Assembly: GCA_030615945.1 (NCBI GenBank)
Contig: JAUWYG010000002.1
Location: 1 to 43,065, forward strand
DNA from: Candidatus Bipolaricaulota bacterium
GTDB taxonomy: Bacteria; Bipolaricaulota; Bipolaricaulia; UBA7950; UBA9294
Reading direction: 5' to 3'
DNA length: 43,065 nt
In this document: piece by piece, positions 26,719 to 34,683 of the stretch
Layout of the letters: every line of letters starts with the position of its first letter
Numbering within the stretch: position 1 is the first letter of the stretch
Position numbers and translations under genes: made by a program
Notes under the pieces: generated by a model
What the model was told of the DNA's origin: nothing
What the model saw: only the letters and a program-made list of their open reading frames with translations
Databases searched by the model: none

Positions 26719-26979
26719 GTGAAGAAAACTAACACGGCGGCAAAGAGAAGGGTCCAGTTCATCTTCCCCAGCCAGACCATCGAGGAGCTTGACCGGCTGA
26801 AGGAGCAGATGGGGGCCTCCTCGCGAACCGAGGTGTTGAAGACCGCCATCGAGCTTATGCATTGGGCTATGGCACGGCTGGCAAAAGGTGAGAAGATCGC
26901 GGCGGTAGGGAATGATGAGATATCGGAGACCATCGCTATTCCCGGTGCTCACTCCTTTACAAAAGAGCCGAGGCCGTGA
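26719..26979 (+). CDS. Ribbon-helix-helix protein embedded in the polysaccharide operon
   Basis: 86 aa with a GTG start: RRVQFIFPSQTIEELDRLKEQMGASSRTEVLKTAIELMHWA, a strand-helix-helix pattern. Its stop overlaps the GT2 start by 4 nt. Confidence 0.55.
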   Translation: MKKTNTAAKRRVQFIFPSQTIEELDRLKEQMGASSRTEVLKTAIELMHWAMARLAKGEKIAAVGNDEISETIAIPGAHSFTKEPRP

Positions 26980-28307
26980 CCATCCCGACTGATTTCCTCA
27001 CCTTCTTCTTCCTTTTCTACTGCGTCCTATACAACCTCTTCCTCTGTCTATGCTTCCTCGTCTTCCAATTGTTTTCCAGAAAGGGGAATCGGGCTGGTAA
27101 AGGCGTGGCTGCAACAGATTCAGTTAAAGAGCCGCCGATCATCACGGTGATGATCCCCGCACTGAATGAGGAGCAGGTCTTGAAAGAGACGGTCCAAAGA
27201 TTGCTCGCCCTCCCCTATCCTGGTCGGTTAGAGATCCTAATCATCGACGACTACAGCGACGATAACACGGCAGCCATCGCAGACAGGCTGAGCCTTGCAT
27301 CTGAGAGGGTCTATATTTTGCGCAGAGGCCCCTCTTGTTCGCGGCGCGGAAAGGGGGATGCCTTGAACCATGCCTTCTCTCACCTACTTGCCAGCTTCCC
27401 CAAACGAGATAGGGAAAACTGGGTCATCGGGGTCTTCGATGCCGACGGCCGGGCAGTCGAGGACGACTTTCTCATCGAGGTTGGGAGAGTATTCGGAGAC
27501 GATTCGGTAGCTGCTGCCCAGTGCGGGGTACGGATCAGGAACGGCCATCATCTGCTTGCCGCCCTTCAGGATGTCGAGTTTGCCACCTTCTCGTTTATCA
27601 CCCAAACCGTCCGTGACCGAACCTCAGGGGCGGTGGCTCTGGGAGGCAACGGGCAGTTCATCCGCGCCGCCGTTCTAAATCGGCTGAGCCAAGAGGGAGG
27701 CTGCTGGGATGTTTCAGCCCTCACCGAGGATTTGGATATCGGGGTCCGTATTCATTTAGCTGGTGGACGGATCAGGTTTATCAATCGATGGGTGGAGCAA
27801 GAGGGAGTAGAGTCCTTTAAAGCGCTCTTCAAGCAGCGGCATCGCTGGGCGTGGGGAACGCTGCAGGTCTTCTCAAAGCACCTCTTGAGTGGGAGAGTTT
27901 TTTTAGCCAAGCTTCCTCTAGTCAAGAAACTGGATTTGCACTACTACCTGAGCTTCTGGATAGTGCCCTTTGTCGTTCTCTTCTCCTTTCTCCTCTCCCT
28001 TCTTGACCTCACAGGGATTTTGAAGATCACGAATACTTTCGGCGTGGCTTTCCTGCTGGCTAACTCATTCAGCTTTATTCCAATGATGGTCTTGGGATTG
28101 GTGTGGGCCAAGGTGCCAACACATAAGATATTGTATTTGGTCCCCTTGGCAGTGATCTATGCCTATCACTGGATTCCTGTGCTCCTGGCAGGATTAGTGA
28201 GTATTCTTACCCATAGGCAGCCGCACTGGGTGAAGACCAAACGCTACGCGCTTGTGGAAATGAGCACAGAAAAGGAAACGATCGCAGTGGAGGTAATAGC
28301 AAAGTGA
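26976..28307 (+). CDS. Processive family-2 glycosyltransferase (PgaC/IcaA/cellulose-synthase-like, membrane-embedded)
   Basis: N- and C-terminal TM helices. Motifs IPALNEE, IIDDYSDDNT, FDADG, TEDLD and QRHRWAWG (D,D,D,QxxRW). Confidence 0.8.
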   Translation: MTIPTDFLTFFFLFYCVLYNLFLCLCFLVFQLFSRKGNRAGKGVAATDSVKEPPIITVMIPALNEEQVLKETVQRLLALPYPGRLEILIIDDYSDDNTAAIADRLSLASERVYILRRGPSCSRRGKGDALNHAFSHLLASFPKRDRENWVIGVFDADGRAVEDDFLIEVGRVFGDDSVAAAQCGVRIRNGHHLLAALQDVEFATFSFITQTVRDRTSGAVALGGNGQFIRAAVLNRLSQEGGCWDVSALTEDLDIGVRIHLAGGRIRFINRWVEQEGVESFKALFKQRHRWAWGTLQVFSKHLLSGRVFLAKLPLVKKLDLHYYLSFWIVPFVVLFSFLLSLLDLTGILKITNTFGVAFLLANSFSFIPMMVLGLVWAKVPTHKILYLVPLAVIYAYHWIPVLLAGLVSILTHRQPHWVKTKRYALVEMSTEKETIAVEVIAK

Positions 28308-30421
28308 GATCCGAAAAAGTGCTCATCGTCGTTTCCCTACTACTCGGCCTGGGATTGATGCCCTTCAGCGCAGTGGCTTCTGTCTCGCCTCAACACCTGG
28401 CCCTCTCATTCATCCTGACCGAGATGATGAACGAAGAAGGGGGCATCTATACTCAATATCGGACTCTCCCCAGTTCTGAAGAAGGAGCAGCCGCGGGCCA
28501 CGAGGTCCTGCTCCAGAACAATAGCCTGTTGATGCTCTACGCCGCTCGAACAGGAGACCAGCAACTCCTCGATCAACAAGTGGAGGTAATCAAGGATTAC
28601 TTCCTGGAAGAGAACCTCGGGTTGCTCCACTGGAAGTTGGCCTCCACGATGCACCACTCGGAGAGTTCCTGGGGGACCTATTCCAATTCCCCGGGGGACA
28701 GCCTGCGGGTGGCGGAGGTTCTCCTCCTGGCCTATGAGTATTGGGAAGATGAGACCTATGAAGAACTAGCCCTCAAGATTGGCGAGGGGCTCAAAAGATA
28801 TAACATCGCGCCGGATAAGACGCTGCGCTATTATGCTTCCTGGACCCCGGCGCTCGAGTCAGCGGGATATGGCGATAGAGTCGTTCTGGCGCAGCTCGAC
28901 TTTGGGGCTATGGCCAGATTGACTCAGCAGGATAGGGCTTGGGAAGAGTTCATCGTCGTGAACCTAGAGATAGCTCTCTCGGGGATGACCGATAAAGGAC
29001 TATACTATCAAGACTATCTTCCTGAGCAGCAGAAGTATGAAACAGGCAACGGTAGCATGATCGAGATGGCCCGGGTTGCATATCATCTTGCCGTCTATGG
29101 TCGAAGTCTTGGTGATCCTGCTGCGTCAGATGCAGCGCAAAAATTTCTTGCCTTTGTCAAAGAGGAGTATACAACCAAGGACAGGATACCCGGACGATAT
29201 GATCCTGAGACCGGCATACCGCTGACAACCTGGGAGAACATCGCTGTATATGCGCTGATCGCCCGAATTGCTCTAGAGCTTGAGGACTCCTCGTTTGCTG
29301 AGGAGATCGTCGAGGAGAAGATCCTGCCTCTCCAACAACTGGACCCGCAGTCTCCTGTCTATGGTGCGTTTACAGTTAGATTCGACGATGCCTATGTCTC
29401 GGACACACTTGAGGCTCTTCTGGCCCTAGTGACCCGTGGAGGTCCTGCGGCTGTGACAGAGCAGGAGCCCATTCATGCTGTATGGTATCTTGGTTGGCAA
29501 AAGGAAAGCTATCTTCAACCCAGTGTAGTAGATGATCTACGGCAGATTCAGTCAAGGCTTTGCCCGAACTATATCGGTCTCTCCGCCATCGTTTATCAAG
29601 ATAAGAAGACCTCCTCCGACCCCTATCGCGATCCAGAGAGAACCGCAAGCGATGAGGCCCTCCGCCACGTGATCTCCCAAATCCATCGGATGGGGATGGG
29701 GGTAATCCTTCTCACTCCCCTATTGCCCGACGACGGAACATGGGAGGGGGCAATCACGCCCGAAGATGTCAGCGTATGGTTCGAGCACTGGCGAGAGATC
29801 CTCCTGCATTACGCCGAGCTGGCGGAAGAGACCCGCGTAGAGATCCTGCTCCTGGGCTCGGAGCTCGTCACCCTGCGCGACCGAACGAATGATTGGAACA
29901 GGCTAATAGTGGCCATCCGAAATCGTTATCACGGCAAGCTCAGCTACTCGGTCAACTTCTGGCTCAATCGCGATGGATATCGGCAGGTCCTGAAGATGTC
30001 CCAATGGAAGCACATGGATTACATTGGAGTGACGGGCTACTTTGAACTTACCGACAAGAACGATCCTTCCGTAGAAGAACTTGAGGCAGCTTGGCATAAT
30101 GATCGCCATGACCAGGACATCTTGGCTGATCTAGAGGGCTTGAACAGGAAATATGAAAAACCGGTCGTCTTTTGGGAGATCGGTTACTTTAGTAAGGATG
30201 AGACTAACGTCTATCCCTGGAACTACCCTCGCCCAGGTGAGGTGGATGAGGGTGAGCAGACTGACTGTTGGACTGCATTTCTGAATGTATTTCAAGGTAT
30301 CGATTGGTTCAAAGGATACGGGATTTATGCCGAGCAAGTAGGGCTGCCGCCGAAGCCCCTAGGTTATGATGTGCTAGGGAAACTAGCAGAAGAGCTGCTG
30401 AGAAGGGAGTGCAGTGAATAA
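28304..30421 (+). CDS. Large secreted two-domain glycosidase-like protein (helical N-terminal half plus TIM-barrel-like C-terminal half)
   Basis: Signal/anchor sequence. The C-terminal half has clan GH-A-style strand-end motifs (ILLLGSELV; VVFWEIGYFS) and conserved aromatic residues. The family cannot be assigned by eye. 4-nt overlap with the GT2 gene. Confidence 0.5.
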   Translation: MRSEKVLIVVSLLLGLGLMPFSAVASVSPQHLALSFILTEMMNEEGGIYTQYRTLPSSEEGAAAGHEVLLQNNSLLMLYAARTGDQQLLDQQVEVIKDYFLEENLGLLHWKLASTMHHSESSWGTYSNSPGDSLRVAEVLLLAYEYWEDETYEELALKIGEGLKRYNIAPDKTLRYYASWTPALESAGYGDRVVLAQLDFGAMARLTQQDRAWEEFIVVNLEIALSGMTDKGLYYQDYLPEQQKYETGNGSMIEMARVAYHLAVYGRSLGDPAASDAAQKFLAFVKEEYTTKDRIPGRYDPETGIPLTTWENIAVYALIARIALELEDSSFAEEIVEEKILPLQQLDPQSPVYGAFTVRFDDAYVSDTLEALLALVTRGGPAAVTEQEPIHAVWYLGWQKESYLQPSVVDDLRQIQSRLCPNYIGLSAIVYQDKKTSSDPYRDPERTASDEALRHVISQIHRMGMGVILLTPLLPDDGTWEGAITPEDVSVWFEHWREILLHYAELAEETRVEILLLGSELVTLRDRTNDWNRLIVAIRNRYHGKLSYSVNFWLNRDGYRQVLKMSQWKHMDYIGVTGYFELTDKNDPSVEELEAAWHNDRHDQDILADLEGLNRKYEKPVVFWEIGYFSKDETNVYPWNYPRPGEVDEGEQTDCWTAFLNVFQGIDWFKGYGIYAEQVGLPPKPLGYDVLGKLAEELLRRECSE

Positions 30422-31226
30422 AGCTATGAGAGTATCTACATTAAGCAACCTGGGTGGATATCACTATATATCCAGGAGTAGATATGAATTCAAATACTTG
30501 GTTAGGCCGGAGGTTGCTGAAAGAGTGGTCGATTTCCTAGCACCCCATCTTGAAATGGATGAGCATTGTCGCGGAAGGGACAGCAATTCCTATACCGTCA
30601 GAAGTATATATTTTGATAGCCCTGATTTTGAATGTTTTCACGAAAAGCTTGGAGGGCAGAAACACAGGGAGAAATTTAGAATCAGAACTTACAACAATCC
30701 GGGCTCCAGACCCCTCTTTTTGGAGAATAAGATAAAGGACGGTTTATCCTACGTAAAAGACAAAGTCACTCTCAATGCGGATACCCTGAAAGCAATAAAG
30801 AACCTGGACTATGACAGTTTAAGCGAGGTGGATAGGCATGACAAAGATAAGCGGATCCTTGACAAGTTCTTTTTCTATATTTATCGCAAGGCCTACTCTC
30901 CTGTCGTGCTAGTAGTATATGACCGAGAGGCGTATGTCTATCCGGGGCAAGATACGATTAGAGTAACATTGGATAAAAATCTCAGGGCGAGGATGTTTCC
31001 CAATTTGGCACAGATATATGACGAAGAGAGATTAGAGTATCTGCTTTACCACTGGATCATTTTAGAGATTAAGTTTACCGATATTTTGCCGCGATGGATG
31101 ATGCCGCTGAACTCCCTCTTTTATCTGAAGCGACAAGCTTGCTCCAAATACTGCACATCTGTGGCTCATTTCATCGGTGAAATCCCCTCTTTCAAGGATG
31201 GTTTGGCCTATGTTCGGAGAATCTGA
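30414..31226 (+). CDS. VTC-domain (CYTH-like triphosphate tunnel, polyphosphate-polymerase-like) protein
   Basis: RYEFKYLV...YTVRSIYFDSPDF...REKFRIRTYN...LFLENKIKDG...KDKV is the characteristic tunnel-strand pattern. The GTG at 30414 follows AAGGGAG and overlaps the upstream stop by 8 nt. Confidence 0.75.
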   Translation: MNKAMRVSTLSNLGGYHYISRSRYEFKYLVRPEVAERVVDFLAPHLEMDEHCRGRDSNSYTVRSIYFDSPDFECFHEKLGGQKHREKFRIRTYNNPGSRPLFLENKIKDGLSYVKDKVTLNADTLKAIKNLDYDSLSEVDRHDKDKRILDKFFFYIYRKAYSPVVLVVYDREAYVYPGQDTIRVTLDKNLRARMFPNLAQIYDEERLEYLLYHWIILEIKFTDILPRWMMPLNSLFYLKRQACSKYCTSVAHFIGEIPSFKDGLAYVRRI

Positions 31227-31896
31227 ACCTATCGTAGTTGCCTGGATTGACGTACTCAGCACCATATCGCTGAGTCTGCTGCTTGGAATTTATGTAGCTT
31301 TCGTATATAGAACAGTGACTCCTGGATTTAACTACTCAGTCTCCATTTTGCATACTCTTCTGTACCTTTCCATGATTGTTTCCCTAGTGATGCTGATAAT
31401 CTCAAATCAAATCGCACGCGCATTCACCCTTGTCGGGGCGCTTGCCGTCATCCGCTTTAGGACGCCGATTAAGGATGCCAAGGATGCGGCGTTCATATTT
31501 CTCGCCCTTGCCGCAGGCATGGGGGCAGGGGTAGGCATGTATCTAGAAACAGCCTTGGGTACAACTCTTATCGGCGTCTTCATGTTGCTGATACATTACG
31601 CAAAATTCGGCTTGCGCGCGAAGAGAGAGACTCTGGTCAAGTTCACCGTACCCCTTAACGGCGAAGAGACTTCTCTTTATCACAGGGGGATTTTTGAACG
31701 CTTCCTTCGAGAGTACAAGCTCATAAATGCCCGGTCTTTGCATGAAAGCAGGAGACTGGAGCTAACATTTCTTGTCAAACCTCAGAAGGCGACGGACATG
31801 ATCAAGTTCTCCCAGGCGCTCTCTTCCATACCGCAGATCGAGAAGGTATCCGTAATAGTTAGTGAAGATGAGGAGCTGACTCAGAATATCTTTTAA
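31177..31896 (+). CDS. DUF4956 multi-pass membrane protein
   Basis: About 5 TM helices with the family motif LVGALAVIRFRTPIKDAKDAAFIF. The start is uncertain (GTG 31177, ATG 31198 or ATG 31210), and every option overlaps the VTC stop at 31226. Confidence 0.7.
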   Translation: MKSPLSRMVWPMFGESEPIVVAWIDVLSTISLSLLLGIYVAFVYRTVTPGFNYSVSILHTLLYLSMIVSLVMLIISNQIARAFTLVGALAVIRFRTPIKDAKDAAFIFLALAAGMGAGVGMYLETALGTTLIGVFMLLIHYAKFGLRAKRETLVKFTVPLNGEETSLYHRGIFERFLREYKLINARSLHESRRLELTFLVKPQKATDMIKFSQALSSIPQIEKVSVIVSEDEELTQNIF

Positions 31897-31916
31897 TGGC
31901 TACAAAGGAGGGTAAG

Positions 31917-34625
31917 ATGAACTCTTCATTGAGCGTTGGAAACTTGCAACTGAGATGGTGCATAGTAGGCGCACTTTTGAGCCTTTTTCTGGCAGCTACT
32001 GTCGTTCCTGCCCAGACGCAATCGGTCGTCATAAATGAGTTCTTGGCCTCTAACGGCACGATATTAGCCGATGAAGATGGAGACTACGAAGATTGGATCG
32101 AGTTTTATAACCCGACAACCGAGCCAATAAACCTGGACGGCTATACCCTGACCGACAAGCCGGATATCCCTAATAAGTGGACGTTCCCAGCAGTCACGAT
32201 CCAACCGAATGGATTTCTGCTCATCTGGGCCTCCGGCAAGGATCGCCGCACGCCAGGTAACTGGGATTTCAAAAGACCGCTCATCCTAGAGTTTGAAAGT
32301 GCGGGCTACTATGACGGAGATTTTGCGAGGATCTTGGTCAATGGCGAGGACAAGTCCCTGAACCTCAGGGGCACGAATATTGTGAGGCTTGATGAGCAGG
32401 GCGACTATATAGAAAGCACAGTGTATGATACTTTTGAATCCCCCGATGCTGATGATGATATGGTTCGCTATTTCGAGAACTTGTCGAATGGAGAGATCGT
32501 CATCTTTGCGATCAGAGATGAAGCGTCCGACAATTTGAACTCACAAGCGAGATCTGCCTTAGAAGCTTTAGGCAGTAAATATATAGGGCAATTAGGGCAT
32601 CAGGATTCTTGGGGCATGATTAGCGTAGTGGGGCAGGGGAAGCTCGCAGAAGACTATCAGCCTAGCAGTGAGGGCCCTGCTATGGCCAAGCTTGCAAGTA
32701 AGATGACTTTGCACACCAATTTCAAGATCAACAAGGATGGCGAGTTTTTGGGCCTTTACGCCCCCGATGGGACTGAAATCGACTCTGGGAAGTTCGTTAG
32801 TCAGGTGCGTGATGTCTCCTTCGGCCGTCAGCCTGACGGAGGGGAAGGCTGGTGTCTCTTCTCCGAACCGACCCCGAGCGCCCCGAACGATACAGCCTGC
32901 GCAACTGGGATTGCCGAGCCACCTGAACCTTCCACGAGCAGCGGATTCTACGAGGGGCCCATTACAGTAACATTGTCCGCAATGCCAGAGGAGGTAGCGA
33001 TCTATTACACTCTGGATGGTTCAATACCAACAGAGGCCAGCCCGCGATACATTGATCCCTTAGTCATCGACAGGACGCAAGTCCTCCGAGCCCGCGCCTT
33101 CAAGGATGGTCTGATTCCAAGCCCAATCAGGACATATACCTATCTCATAGACGAAGACGTCCATCTGCCGGTCCTCTCATTGGTGTCCGATCCGGCAAAC
33201 TTATGGGACGATGAGATCGGTATTTATGTAGAAGGATGCTACCCAGCTCATCCCAACTATGTGCAGCACGGTCGAGAATGGGAACGACCGGTGTCAGTAC
33301 AATTCTTCGAAAAGGATGGCTCACTAGGGTTCGCATTGGGCGCAGGCATTCGCATCTTTGGAGGATACACTAGAATTTACCCGAAAAAGAGCTTTGTCTT
33401 GCATTTTCGCGAGCGATATGGCCAAGATCGGCTGGACTACCCCGTGTTCTCCGGGGATGAACCAGGTAAGCCTGACCTGCAAAGTTTGAAGAGTCTTGTA
33501 GTAAGAAATGCTGGGGAAGACGGCTATTGCAGCAATCCCCGAATCCGCGATCCTCTAATGCATACTCTATGGTCAGAGGAAGGCGGGCTAGTTTCAGCGA
33601 AAAGGTCTGTTTCCGTCTATCTCAACGGAGTACCATGGGGCATTTACAACCTCCGTGAGCATATCGACACAGATTATATCGCCACAAACTTCGGCGTTAA
33701 AGACTTTGATTTGATCACTGAGGAAAGAACTGTTAAGGCAGGTGATGCAGTCCACTGGGACGCCACGCTTTCATTCTTCGAAGGCCATGATTTATCCTCA
33801 GATGTTAATTACGCCCAAGCACAAAAGCTCATCGACGTCAAGAACTTTACAGATTTCCAGATCTTCCAGATATATGGTGCAAATATCGATCTAGTAGCCA
33901 ATCTAGTAAAATTCAGGCCTAGGACCCCCGAGGGAAAATGGCAGTGGATCATGTGGGATACAGATCATGCCTTCGCGCTGGAATCATACAATCCCGTTTC
34001 ACACAACACGCTTGCTTGGGGAACGCGGACCAGACCACAGCCCGATCTCGGACCGCCTTGGGATGATGAAAGCACTTCGTGGTCAACCCTGATACTAAGG
34101 AAGTTGCTGGAAAACGAGGAATATTGTAATTACTTCATCAATCGTTTCGCGGATTTATTGAACACCACATTGCACCCGAAGAATGTCATCGCCAAAATCG
34201 ATGCGCTGGCCTCGATCATCGAGCCGGACATCCCTCTGGAGATGGCTCGTTGGAGCAGCGAGTGGGGAGGAACTCTTGAAGAATGGTTAGCGAATGTTCA
34301 AGGGCTTAGAGACTTTGCAAAACAGCGCCCGGGCTTTGTACGAGAACACATCATCGAGGAGTTTGGGCTTATGGGCACAGCGCTTCTGACCATCGAACCG
34401 CCATCAGGTGAAGGCTCCGTTAGGGTAAACACGATCTTACCAACGACCTACCCTTGGCATGGCTCGTACTTTCAAGGCATCCCGGTGAAGTTACAGGCTG
34501 AACCAGCGCCAGGTTATAAATTTACCGGTTGGGGTGATGCTTCCCTGCCCAGGAGCGCCATCGTCGTTGTTTCGTTGCCCGAATCCTACAGCGTTCAGGC
34601 TCTCTTCCTCCCATATGAGAAATAA
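31917..34625 (+). CDS. Secreted CotH-family kinase-like protein: split lamin-tail domain with a nested FAM3/ILEI-like domain, chitobiase-C/Fn3-associated domain, CotH domain, C-terminal Ig-like repeat
   Basis: AGGAGG lies 5 nt before the ATG at 31917; an alternative ATG at 31896 overlaps the upstream stop. Signal peptide. LTD (INEFLASN...DWIEFYNP...LDGYTLTD). CotH core ([10 protein letters not shown]...[9 protein letters not shown]..PKKSF...LVVRNAGED...IRDPLMH). Confidence 0.8.
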   Translation: [902 protein letters not shown]

Positions 34626-34683
34626 AATGAAGATTCTCTTCTCTTTCCTCAAGCCAAGCTGTAGCGTATAGCGGAGGCATTTT

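Noticed and set aside
26901-26908. ops-like GGCGGTAG (RfaH recruitment element)
   Set aside because: It is a bare 8-mer, expected about once by chance in a window this size. The following bases (GGAATG) do not fit GGCGGTAGnnTG, and it lies inside the RHH CDS.
28304-30421. Specific assignment of the large secreted protein to GH8/GH113/GH5 or to a PgaB-C-terminal-like hydrolase
   Set aside because: Only generic clan GH-A strand-end motifs are visible by eye. I could not place the catalytic glutamates with confidence, so the family name is left open.
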